From Flectonema sp. DT1601 (taxonomy: Eukaryota), in the NCBI GenBank assembly GCA_964019425.1, contig OZ025785.1, positions 744,001-808,000 on the forward strand: 64,000 nt of DNA, in the 5' to 3' direction. A program made the position numbers and the translations under genes. The notes below the pieces were generated by a model. The model was not told where the DNA came from and ran no database searches. It saw nothing but the letters and a program-made list of their open reading frames with translations. Positions 1 to 11,495 of the stretch are shown in pieces. Each line of letters starts with the position of its first letter. Position 1 is the first letter of the stretch.

Positions 1-380
1 CAACAAACAGCAGCTGAGAGGAATGAATTTCAGATGCAACACATACCACCTAATTACTAAAAGAGGGACAGTAATCGATTTTTAATACGTGTCCTGTAAC
101 TTGTTCGCCGGTTCCTTATAAGTTACGTTGTGTGGTTTAATTATTCAAATGCGTATTCGATGTTGAGAAGCCAGTCACATTTAAGCTTTAAACCACACGT
201 AGTAACCAATGAACTGTAAAATTTCGATTTTTTATTTATCCTTTTTTTTTTTTTTTTTTTTTTTTTATTCCCTTCTGTTAAGATTTTTTTTTTCCCGCTT
301 TTCTTATTCTTTTTTTGGGGGCGACCTCTCCTTTCAATAAGCGATTTTTTTTTGAAATTTTGGAAAAAACAAAACACATC

Positions 381-412
<32 letters not shown>

Positions 413-1320
413 AGAAGGGGAAAAAAAAAAAAATACAATGAATTAAAGTAAACTTTTAATGAGGAAAAGGAAACAGCTTTCTCCTTTCAAGTTAAGCTGC
501 GACATTCTTATTGTAAGTACGATACAAAGAAAGTAATCCGAGGAGTGCGACACCGCGAAGAATCAGTAAATCGTGTACAATGGAACTTGATATAAGTGGC
601 CGACGTATAACGGCATTACAAAACAATGTTCCCCAGGAGAGTAAAAAAAAAAAAAAAAAAAAAAGGTTCTTCGACATCATCGGGGGGCGTGCCGATGGTT
701 GGCAGGCTCACTTCATCCTTTTATCCTACCCCCCGTATATCTTCTGTTGTTCAGTTTTTTTCTTTTTAATATTTTTTTTATTCCTTCCTTCCCCTGCCTT
801 TCATTCATTTTTTTGTGTTCTGAAGAGAGTTTCCTGTTATTTTCATTGATCCTTGTTATCGTATTTTACTTTTTTTTACCTGACGCTATGCTTTTTTTTT
901 TTTTTTCACCGTCTAATTACTTATGGTGATTTAAAATAAAAGCGAATGGTAACATTATTACTGCATACGAACAAGTTAGAAATGAGGTACAGAGGCCTAG
1001 TTTGTCTCTATTTGAGTAAACATAGGTATCGGAATCAACTTAACTGTAAAAAATAAATGATCCTTGTTCTTTATCTGTGTGGTGCATACAATGCACAAAA
1101 ATAGAACTGTTGGGAAACTTTTATATACCGTCTCGAAAAATCTGAAAGTGTTTTTCTACTCTTTTTGATAATTGAGGACAACCATGAGTAGTTTAATGAA
1201 GGCATCTGCCGTTTACCAGCAGCAGGCTGGTTGGTTTCACGTGATGCATCTTCGGCTTTGTGTGGTTAAAAAGACAGAAGCCTTAAGTAAACAGCGAATA
1301 CGACAAAACAAAAAAAAAAC

Positions 1321-1397
1321 CCCCACTCCCCGCTCTTCCTTATCTGTTTAAGTTCGTTTTTCTGTTTGGCAAATCTACATCGACATTTCTTTCACAG
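1321..1397 (+). promoter_or_regulatory. Pyrimidine-rich tract ending in CAG, candidate (trans-)splice acceptor upstream of the 1420 gene
   Basis: ccccactccccgctcttcctt...catttctttcacAG (AG at 1396-1397), 22 nt before the ATG. Confidence 0.35.
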
Positions 1398-1419
1398 CAA
1401 TTAGCACCAAAATATAAAA

Positions 1420-2571
1420 ATGAAATCACAAATTCTAGCTATCGCTATGTTGGCTACCGCTGCATTAGCAATGGACTGCGGTGGCCACGGTACGTTCGCA
1501 GAGAACTGTTGCAAGTGTGATGCTGGATACGCAGGCAGCACTTGCATGGAGTGTGCTCCAGGATACGCGAAGGGGATGGTCAACGGAGAGATGATGTGTG
1601 GAAATGGAAGAGACGGAACTGCGTGTACTGACGATGGAATGTTCCCATTCTTTGGATGTGGTTCAGTTGGTACATGTAAAGATAGCAACACGTCGAGCAA
1701 AACCTTTCCTTGTGTTTGCAGGGACTTGCAGGGAACCGTCGTTTCGTGTGCCACCAAGTACGTTGAGAAGCAAACGACCTGCTCCCCACGTGGAGCGAGA
1801 ATGTACACCGCGTTCCCGAACGAGCCTCGTTTGGACCTTCCATTCAGTCTGACAGTCGTAACCTGTGGTGAGACTTCTCCTTCCCTGATGATGGTTCCAG
1901 CCTACAAGGAGGATGGAGTGACCATGAACAGCTGCAGCAACAGAACTGGTGAGACTGGAGGATTCGCCGCCGAGTGCGTGATGCCGAGCAACGGCGAAGG
2001 AAACGCGACTGTGAGCGTGAACTGCCGTGACGGAGTTGTGTTGACCAACTTGAACGCTGAATTGTCCACCCGGGACATGGCTGAGTTCACGTACTCTGGT
2101 ATGATTGTGACGAAGGACAACTTCTTCGTGAGCAGCCAGGAGAACCCTGCGAACAGAAACAAGTTCAAGGTGTGCGCGTCGAGAGTCGTTCCTGTCGCTG
2201 CTGGAAGCTCGCAGATGGAGACGATCTGGGTGCCTGTTGACGGACACAACGACGATGTGAGCCGCAGAGACGAGGATTTCACGATTGTCAGCGAAGACGA
2301 TGCCAACAAGAACCGTGCTGCGGGTAACCTTGAGGGAGTTGGAGGAGATGACTGCTGTGACGGTCTGAAGATTGGATTCTGTCTTCCACTTTGGGCGTTC
2401 CTTTTGTTGTGGCTCTTGATGGCTCTGTGTCTCGGATTCCTCGGATTCGCACTTCACAAGAACAAGAATGAGATTGAAGCGAAGAAGAACAACGAGAAGT
2501 ATGAGAAGTTCAACACCGATGCTGAGATGATTGAACACGCTGCTAAGGAAGCAGATGATGACGACATTTAG
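1420..2571 (+). CDS. Type I membrane/surface protein with N-terminal EGF/laminin-like Cys-rich region (383 aa)
   Basis: Signal peptide MKSQILAIAMLATAALA; CGGHG...CKCDAGYAGSTCMEC EGF-like motif; hydrophobic TM (LWAFLLLWLLMALCLGFLGFAL) and short acidic tail; coding-like composition against AT-rich flanks. Confidence 0.85.
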   Translation: MKSQILAIAMLATAALAMDCGGHGTFAENCCKCDAGYAGSTCMECAPGYAKGMVNGEMMCGNGRDGTACTDDGMFPFFGCGSVGTCKDSNTSSKTFPCVCRDLQGTVVSCATKYVEKQTTCSPRGARMYTAFPNEPRLDLPFSLTVVTCGETSPSLMMVPAYKEDGVTMNSCSNRTGETGGFAAECVMPSNGEGNATVSVNCRDGVVLTNLNAELSTRDMAEFTYSGMIVTKDNFFVSSQENPANRNKFKVCASRVVPVAAGSSQMETIWVPVDGHNDDVSRRDEDFTIVSEDDANKNRAAGNLEGVGGDDCCDGLKIGFCLPLWAFLLLWLLMALCLGFLGFALHKNKNEIEAKKNNEKYEKFNTDAEMIEHAAKEADDDDI

Positions 2572-3687
2572 AAATGTTGTAATCTAATTCAATAAAGGCA
2601 TCATCCTCTCACATCTCATATTCCTCTCCGTTTCTCTGTTCGTCTGAGGTTTACCTTCAAGATAACAATTTTATAACATTTAGTGCCTAAAATTTTCCAT
2701 TCTGATTGCTTGAGTTGCTTCATTGCATCGTTCAAGGATGAGAATAATTAAAAGAATAGTTCCCTCCCAATCCCACTTGTTGACTCGTTGAAGTAACTTA
2801 TGAATTTCAACTACAGAGTCTTTCAGTTCCCCTCTAACCGACGCCGTCTTTTGCTGAGCATGAGACGTTTTTTTATCCTACACAAACTTATTTAATAATC
2901 CTTGTGAAGCTCCTACAGAAACAGGTAGGAACTGCAACTTCCTTTTCAAGTTGAATTTGCTTCTGAGATGGAATTTGTACTTGACATTTCTTTTTATTCC
3001 CTTTTTTTTTTTTTTTGGCAGACATTTTTTAGTTTTTTTAGAACGAAGAAAAAAAAATTCCAAAAAAAAAAAAAAAAAAAAGAAAATCACACGAGAAGGT
3101 GTACCCCGCCCAGTATTGTATAAACTGTGAACGGTGTTTGTATCAACGTTTCCTCTCTTCGTGGAAGGTTGGCAATTGGAAAGCGCTATTCATGAATTCC
3201 TAATGGACAACTTCTTTTCTTACAGGATTGTTGTTGCAAAGTTTTTCCTGAACCCGCCCGAAACTGGCGATGAAGGATTCGTTACTTCTTTGAGTAACAC
3301 TGTGCAAATAGTGCTTTCCCTTGTGTGGTCCCACGTTCCCCATTCTAATTTACTGCCTCTTTTATAAGTCATGAATGTCTTTTTATAGTCGAACAGGAAT
3401 AATCTTTTTACCACCCCTGTCAGTGATAATCGAAGGAAGGAAGATGTTCATTTAATTTTGCTGGAGTTTGAAATATTAATTTAATGTCCTGTTTTTAGTA
3501 TCTCTCTACAGGCTCTTAATTCAAAAGAAAACAAAAATATCGACACAAAGAACAAAGTATTAGAATAGAGTTAGCATTTAATTCGCGTGCTGGGTACGGA
3601 AAACAATGGTTTTCTTCATTCTTGAATTGAAATTACGTATCCTTTGAATTAATTCTTCATCACCAGAAACTCATCCAGTTAAAAATA

Positions 3688-5250
3688 ATGGCAACTGTCG
3701 ATTCCCTGTCCTCTGTTTTGAGGAGCCATCAGAGGTTCATGGCGAAGCTGCTGGTGGAAGTGGTGAGTCGGAAGGAGGAGTCGGGGGCGCTGATGGACAG
3801 CTTTTCCGAAGTTCTCAGATCGTCGGAGGAGATCATGGTTGGAATGACGAATACTGAGGCTGCGACTGAATTGACGACGTACAAGGAAGTACACCGGGTG
3901 GCGAGGGAGAAGGAGTCGGCGAACTTGGTGGAAGGAAGCTCGCGATTACTGGGAACCCTTTCCTTGCATCCTGACATGAAGTGTGACGATATCGGGTTTG
4001 TTAAAGCTGATCTCAAGGGGGAGGGGAAGTTGGAGTTGGTCGAAGATGACCTGAGGAATGTATTCTCGTCCACCTGCTTCCCTCGGCTGCTGAACGAGGA
4101 TGAGTATTTCAACACATTTCAAACTGCTTACAAATGTATGGATGAAAGAGAAGAGGGTGTCCCAGCCCAACTCAGGAAGGAACTCTTCCTGCTGCTGGAC
4201 TGGCCGAGACTCTCCTCCTCGTCGAAGGAAGAAGTCAAATCCCAATTTGACAACACCTCATGGGGTGCCGAGATCCTCCGTGAGCTGGAAGATTCGAACA
4301 ACTGGGGTACTGTGAAAAGAACATACAAATGGCCTCGGTCTGAACGTGTTGTGACTGCGGAGGAGTTGAAGACTTCACATCTTCGTACTCGAATTGACAT
4401 TTTGTTCGGACTAAATCCCGACATGTTGTGTGTCCTCGATGCGTCGGAATATATCGACGATGAAGGCACCCTTTCTAGTGGTGGTGTTGATGTGCTTCCG
4501 CCTTCCATCCGTCGGTTGTCATTCACCAACTGCTCATTTATGCTTCGGTCTATTTCAGGTAGTTGTGAATTCTTAAGTAATTCAACATCTCTGACCAGCG
4601 TGGATTTATCTTCCTTGAATGAAGTGACGAGCATTGGCGATGACTTCATTAGTGACTGTGAGTCCCTCACCTCCATCAATGTTTCAGGTTTGAAGAAACT
4701 GACTACAATAGGAAACGGATTCTTGCGTAATTCAACGTCTCTGACCAGCGTGGATTTGTCTTCCTTTAGTGGAGTTATGAGTATTGCCGATGACTTTATT
4801 AGTGGCTGTAAGGCCCTCACCTTCATCGATGTTTCTGGATTTCAGAAGCTGACTACAATAGGGGAAGGATTCTTATATAAAGCAAAGTCTTTGATTAGCG
4901 TGGATTTGTCATCCTTTAGTGAAGTTACGAGTATTGACAATCACTTTATTAGTAACTGTGAGTCTCTCACCTCCATCGATGTTTCCGGTTTTCAGAGGCT
5001 GACTAGAATAGGAAGTGGGTTCTTATACAGAGCAAAGTCTCTGACTAGTGTGGATTTATCATCCTTGAGTGAAGTTATGAGTGTTGGCGATAACTTTATA
5101 AACTGTGAGTCTCTCACTTCTATTGATGTTTCCGGTTTGAAGAAGGTGACTGAAATAGGAGATAGATTCTTAAACAATACAAAACTAACTAAGAAAGATG
5201 TGAAGGGAATAGAAGAATGCAGTTATGTCGTTAGAAAGGGATTTGAATAA
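3688..5250 (+). CDS. Leucine-rich repeat protein (BspA-like, alternating ~24-aa repeats), possible BACK-like N-terminal region (520 aa)
   Basis: Repeats SLTSVDLSSxxxVTSIGDDFISxCESLTSIDVSGxxKLTTIGxGFL in the C-terminal half. Confidence 0.88.
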   Translation: MATVDSLSSVLRSHQRFMAKLLVEVVSRKEESGALMDSFSEVLRSSEEIMVGMTNTEAATELTTYKEVHRVAREKESANLVEGSSRLLGTLSLHPDMKCDDIGFVKADLKGEGKLELVEDDLRNVFSSTCFPRLLNEDEYFNTFQTAYKCMDEREEGVPAQLRKELFLLLDWPRLSSSSKEEVKSQFDNTSWGAEILRELEDSNNWGTVKRTYKWPRSERVVTAEELKTSHLRTRIDILFGLNPDMLCVLDASEYIDDEGTLSSGGVDVLPPSIRRLSFTNCSFMLRSISGSCEFLSNSTSLTSVDLSSLNEVTSIGDDFISDCESLTSINVSGLKKLTTIGNGFLRNSTSLTSVDLSSFSGVMSIADDFISGCKALTFIDVSGFQKLTTIGEGFLYKAKSLISVDLSSFSEVTSIDNHFISNCESLTSIDVSGFQRLTRIGSGFLYRAKSLTSVDLSSLSEVMSVGDNFINCESLTSIDVSGLKKVTEIGDRFLNNTKLTKKDVKGIEECSYVVRKGFE

Positions 5251-5281
5251 GAATTTGTGATAAATTGATATTATTATGAAT

Positions 5282-5360
5282 TGTGAGTCCCCTCATCCAT
5301 CTATCCTGTTTGAAGGAAATAACTACAGCAGGAGGATTTAAAACTGACTTCTTACCGACT
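5282..5360 (+). pseudogene. Degenerate extra LRR repeat remnant downstream of the LRR gene stop
   Basis: tgtgagtcccctcatccatc...gtttgaaggaaataactacagcagga resembles the coding repeat tgtgagtccctcacctccatc...gtttgaagaaactgactacaatagga (~4658-4713). Confidence 0.55.
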
Positions 5361-6299
5361 GAAACATCCTATGGCCTCAGTAGGACGATAGGATCGAAAG
5401 TATTCAACACGAACATGATCGAACTAGAACAGGCACTTCCACTAACAATGTCCGTGTTACTTATATAAAGAAGAGAATTGTAATACCAAACATTGATAAT
5501 ATTGTACTTTTGTATAGGTACTGTATTGTAATAACGCGATTGTTTTGCATGTAATCAGTTCACTTTCACATTTTAATTCCCCAAATGACCTTCCCGTCGC
5601 AAGATTTCTTTATTTTCTTTTTTTTTTATAATTTTTATAAGCATTATATGTTTGCTTTTGTAACGTTTGTATATTTTTCATTTTTTTAAACAGGAACTGA
5701 ACTTATGATGAGGTGAGCAGTGTTGTGTGTTGTTGTGCATGTGTGCATTACATGTATTTGTTGTTTGTGAAACTATTTCTTTTGCCTTCCTTGATTTTAC
5801 TGAACTTGTTCTTCGTGTTGTGTTTGTGTTGGAATTAAGTGTCGTGTTGTTTAACTCTGATGAGTTCTTATTGTGGTTTGAGTGCTTGTTGGTTTCGTTG
5901 GTGTTTCCTTTTTGAGTTCCCATGTTTTGTGCGTGTTACGATGGTACGCATGTCAGATGTGTGTGTGGAACTGTTTCTTATTGATTGTGGACCATAAATC
6001 TGCTTCTTATAATATAACGCGGTGCCTCCATGACCCTCAGGATTCTCAGTTGGAAATGTACTCTCTTTTGGTGGTAAAAGCAAAAGTTCAGATCTCTTGA
6101 TATTTTATTGCTGGATTGGCATACTGGCCATGTGAAGCTGCAACAACCAAAATGGAAAGGAGGGAAGGCGTCTCCCCACATGCCCAGCATCGGGAAACGG
6201 GAGAGGGTTCACGAAGTGACCAGCCGACCGGACCCTGCAAGTAACAACAGTACTCCCAAGACGAAGTTTAGAGTACAGGAATATGCAAGTATTAGAAAC

Positions 6300-7760
6300 A
6301 CCCATTAGCCCACAATCCCTTTCGCTAAGGGAAAAGGAGAAGTCTGTTCTGTTCGTGATGGCGACAGGTGTGGCAGTGCAAGGGCTTCCCCCTTTGTGCC
6401 AGTGATGGGGAGGATCGGAATAGAAAACGGACCTCTGTTGAGCTTAGCTGCAGCACTGGGGGCGAACGGAGCGGCAATACCACAGGCAACGCCAATGACA
6501 AGTTTTGACCTGGTGAATTAGCCTTCCTATACTGTATGCACCTGGGAAAGAGAAGTATACTTAATTGAATGAACATGCAGTTAACAAGTCTGAGGTCACT
6601 TAGAAGAATCTACACTGTGGTGCAGATTACTTCTGTGGGTTGTACAGGCCGTTTCGATTCGACGGGGCACCGACACCACCACAGATGCGATGGGGGAGTT
6701 CAAAAAACTACACCTGTGGGGCATGTTAAAATTAGTGAAAACGTTCCAGGATGAAAAGATACACTGCCCACCCAATAAAGAGAGGTCGTAGATCTTCAAC
6801 TGCTGAGGTCGGTAAGAAGTAAATCGCAACCGCATTGGCCTGCCGTAAGACAAGTCCCACAAGACCGACCACGTGTGGTCGCTCAAAGGCCCGAGGACCC
6901 TGACCGTTGAGGGGACGTCAGAAGAAATCAACACTACCATTTACCAGCTGCCCAACATTATGCGACCTGTTGGAAGTTCTGGTGTCGGACCAAGAGCAGC
7001 TGATAAGCAGGCTTGCCAAGCATGCAGGAGTGTTTGCTTTTCGGGGCGTAGCAGCGCAGTTCACACAGAACACAAGAGCACGTGTATAAGGATGTGGCCC
7101 CCCATTTATGTAATTTGCTACCATGTCCTAAAGCAGCGTATGATAAAGAAAACATAAACTACTGAAATTACTTTGTGTGTATTTTATTCCACTTCTCTTA
7201 CCTCGTGCATATATATTCGGCGTGAGTGGTGCTGTTTATCGTTATTATCGAACTTCTTCTGCAGTTCACAGCCACTCACCCACTTCCACTCTTCAATTCA
7301 AAAGATGAACACTCTGCACATCAACGACGGGACCTATGGATGTACCTTTTTTATTAAAGAGGATGCTACTAAGGTTAAGCGCTTTCAACATGTGTGGCCT
7401 TCCCAAGTCCGATTTCTACTACAGGTTCCGCAATATCAATTGAGAGGGCCCAGTCGAAGTTTAGCAGTAAGCATGCTTCGGAGTTGCAATGTGGTTGCAG
7501 TCCCCTTTCAAGTCTGCCCCAATCCCTCATAATGTACTTTACGAAGAGAGAGGGACTGGTAACAGGCAGAGGTTCATTCTTTGGACCAAGGCACAGAATA
7601 ACAAGTTGACCTCTGATATCTATGTACCTTTGAAACATGTGTCTCATAAAACTGGGTTCTATCAGATAAGTATTCCAGTGGAGTCTACCCTTCTTCGCTT
7701 TTTATGGTTCTTCTGGTAAGTCATATGCCCTTACTCGTTTACCGATGGGGCAAGTGGAAC
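6300..7760 (+). mobile_element. Decayed DIRS-order (TATE/VIPER-like) retrotransposon: frameshifted RT fragments and a possible upstream tyrosine recombinase remnant
   Basis: Fragments in different frames: RFQHVW (~7380), EERGTGNRQRFILWTKAQN...VPLKHVSH..GFYQISIP (7540-7680), FFAFYGSSGKSYALTRLPMG (~7690-7750). Weaker YR-like SHKT...GPRTLTV and ISRLAKH (6850-7025). Boundaries uncertain. Confidence 0.55.
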
Positions 7761-10700
7761 AAAGCCTTTCTTCTTTGACTGCTTCTCAATTGAATCTTTG
7801 GGGGTCGCCTTCTTCACCTTCGTCCCTGGTGTTTCCCCAGGGAGGTTTGAAATACTATTTGAAATACATTGAAATACCTCCGAAGAATTACAAACCTGAA
7901 CAGGGGGCAAAGAAGCGAGTACAGGATGTTTTGAAAATCCCACACTCTGTTGAGAAAGAGCTTATTTCTTCTGTTCAGATTGGGAGATAATCCCTAAAGA
8001 AAAGAAAGGAAAGACTGCAGATGTTTTTATGTCCTTAGTATCTGTTCTGCCAGTTGTGCGAACTGATTTCGTCTGGGATTTGACCTGAAAAAATAAAACA
8101 TTTGTATTTTACTCGAACAGTTAACCCCAAATGTGCAAAGACCTGCTGCAGCATAAATCTTTTCGTATCGTACCCAAGTCCCCCACCCCACGAAAAAACT
8201 CAAATACCGGGGCTTTGAAAATTTCACATTTTTTAAGTACTTTTGGGGGGGCGTTGGCGACGAAGGTGAGGCAATGGAGCGGTGGTGTGGCTGCCTCCAT
8301 GCGCGCAGCATCATCAGGAGGGGCAAGCTTGCCGTCGAAGGCGGAGGAACATTCGTCGCCTTTGCATGTGAGTGGCGTTGGGATGCTGACGGACTCAGAA
8401 GTAGGATGACTGATGTTGCGAGGGATAGGTTCGATCAGGTGTTCCAACCCCGCCCTGTACATCACAGCACGACTTTGTTACTCTGCTGTGGACTGGGTGC
8501 GGTAGCCACCTTAACCTACCTGGACCGCATCCTCCAACTGTGCCAACCTGGTGCTCCACTGGAATGGCCTGGGGACGGTATCCGTTTATTGCCATATCTT
8601 TTACTTGGCATTAGAAAATAAATTTGTATGGGATTGAAGGATTGATTGAAGATCCAGCCATAGGGATGCTATCTCCAAACGCCGGTCGTTAAGAGTCATC
8701 AGTCCAAAGGCAATTGAATCAAGATGCCGTTCTTCTTCTTCTGACAATTTCTTGAAGCACATGCTGGGCAGGTGTGGGACTGTGATGTGATTTAATAATG
8801 CGGTACCTTGACAGGCCCTTGAAGGAACAATGGAACTTCTCAACTTCAGCAACCGCCTCGATAGCGCGTGGATGTCCAAGTGTTAAGGACATCACTCTCT
8901 CTGCATTCAGGCAGTAGTCTGGGAGGGTGCATTAGAACCCCACCAACTGTGAGCTACGAATTCACTGTATCTAAAACTAATGCTAAATTATTTTATGTTT
9001 TTACCACACACAACACAGTTGTAATTTTTACAAAATCGAACATACGACGTAATCAGTGCAAGCTGATGGTTTGCGCCTACTCTCACATGCCAGTTCCAAC
9101 ACTGGACATGAAAGGTTAAATTAAAAAAACAAGAAGAACACCGGTGGCTTCCAGTAGCACCAGCATCAAACTTATTCGCGAATTGTAAAAGAGGACAAGC
9201 TGTCACTGTTGAAAACATAACTTTCAAAAATCATCTTGGTAGTTTCTTGGTAGTTTGCCACCAAAGTTGTGCACCTATAAGAAATCACTGTAAGTGGCAG
9301 AACTTTGTTCACCTGTTCATCCGCCGATTATTCCCACAATAAAGATACCTTTCGAGAGATAACAACAGAAAAATGGCATTTGTGGGGCAGCGAATGACTC
9401 ACGGGTTCACGATGAAGCGGAAGCAGTCCGGGAATTCCGGGAGGCAAGCCAGAGATAAGAGAAAATCAACACTGACACGGAGAGGTTGTTTGGCGAAGCA
9501 GCAGCGGTGTATCATAAATTTGCCTGGTCGGCACCTCGCAGTCAATTTCTTCTCCCAGATTACTTACCCATGCTGTAGCACAGACTGTATTCCTACTTCT
9601 GTTTAGTAGACGGTGCTCCTACCAAGTTGACCAACACCTTTAACAAGTCCTGCAGCTGGTTCTTGTTCTTCCTTTTCATTAGATTGTGTTGGGACTGAGG
9701 AGTGCAGGTAAATTGCTTTTTCATTGGGACGAATAATATAACAGTAACGATACAATAAAGTTTACCCCAAAAAAAGGGAGTTACATCTCTTCTTACACAC
9801 ATGATCTTCTCGCACAGTTTCCGAGAACGCCTTAATAACCTTTTCCTTACGATTTTGCAATCACCACCATGTTGGATCCAATTTCCCTGAAGAACTAACT
9901 CGCTTACTTCCTCAATGCTTGTTCCCTCACATTACGGTTTGTCACCTGAACTAAACAAAATAATGAACAAACAGTTAACTGTTAACCTTAACGTCATAGA
10001 ATCAGGTTCTCCTAATCGGCGAAAGGTACTTCCGTTTCAAGAAGTGGCATAGCACAAAACAGATGTACCAATTATATAATTCGAGTACGGATATGACAAA
10101 CCATAGACAGAACGGAACTGGAGCTCAGGGGGAAGAAGGGAAAGGAAAATAGGATTCACTCACTGAGGGAAGAGGTTCACACATATTCAGACAGCTTTAA
10201 AGGTTCCATCGTAAGCAGTCTTCAGACTACTGATCCCTTTTTCTATTTTGCCACATAATATGCTTCCCATAACGTGTTGTCTACTAATTCTCCTGTTGAT
10301 GTGTTGGGAGGAGAGTTCTTGCAGGTGTTGCGATTCTTTATCTTTTTTTTTTTTTTTTTTTTTTAAAAACTTCAGTAATTGCACCGAACACATCCGAGTA
10401 CATCCTCGCAAAATAAAAAAACACACTGGAATGCAATGTACTGCTGAAGTTTCTTCCTGCACGCTTGTTTCACACACTTCCGCGGAAAAAAGAAAAGGGG
10501 AAAAATGTCCAATTATGGTATACTACGAAATGATGGTTCGTTTCGGGATTGAATATGTGGTGAGTTTAGCTATTTCGAGAATTATTCGTCGTTGAGATTA
10601 ACGGCATTTCCTCGTATTTATAATAATGCCACTAATTAAACCCGAAATGGTTTCGTAATCGAAATCACCATCGAGTTGGGGGGGTTTTTATTATACATAA

Positions 10701-11099
10701 TTACTTTGAACTCACACAGCATTTCCTAACACTCAGAAACGAGAACTACGCAGCTTAACCTACTAGTTCAAGAAATACTATAAAAAAAGGGAGGGAACCG
10801 CAATTCCAAGCAATATCATTGAGATAACAATGCAATGCTTATTCTGTAAAAAAAAAGAGGAAAAAAAAAAAGAAAGTTTTCCAAGGGCACTGGTCCCTGA
10901 GCACGACTAACTCCAAAGAAAGTTGTTCAAAACACCACAAAGAGACACAATCAAGGTAATTTGCTGCTCCAAATTAAATTGATATCGAAATGTTGAAAAA
11001 AGGAAATAACATAAATCCTGAAGAATGAATTTGCAGGTAGCTAGGGAAGGAACAGGGAAATCCTGCGTCTACACTTCAGGCACCAGCAATTGACTGTCG

Positions 11100-11305
11100 T
11101 AACTTTAGGCTTATTCAGGTGTGCAATTCTAAAGAAATATAAGAATCCAGGCTTTCACTTAGTAGGGTGTGTCAACTTAGAAAAAACGTACCAATCTCGT
11201 AATTGATTCTTCCTAATAAGTTATAATAACAATCATCCCTGCAGTCCTGTAAACAGGTTCATGTATTTATTTAACAGGGTTCGCACTTTTGTATGTATTC
11301 ACTTT
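11100..11305. repeat. Diverged, internally deleted satellite-related copy; its end is homologous to 14967-15060
   Basis: gtgtgcaattctaaagaaatataagaatccagg at ~11119; ggttcatgtatttatttaacaggg shared between ~11256 and ~15011. Confidence 0.85.
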
Positions 11306-11495
11306 ATTTTCTTGAAGAAATCAAAAACAACAACAATAAAAAAAAAGAATAATAAATAAATAATTAAAGCGTAATACACACGATATATAAAAATATTTCG
11401 AATTACTACCGATCTTAGCCCCCCTTCTTATGTACAAAGTTCATTTTCTGTGACCGTTCCAACTTATGCCGCCAGTAAGGAAAGTCATAATTCAG

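Noticed and set aside
141..929. Short K/F-rich ORFs here and in other intergenic regions
   Set aside because: Translations of poly(A)/poly(T) tracts with no coding signal
1663..2538. 291-aa minus-strand ORF
   Set aside because: Antisense shadow of the codon-biased 1420-2571 gene
8250..8290. GDEGEAMERW resembling the KDZ transposase GExxER motif
   Set aside because: No other KDZ motifs or Cys clusters nearby; likely chance
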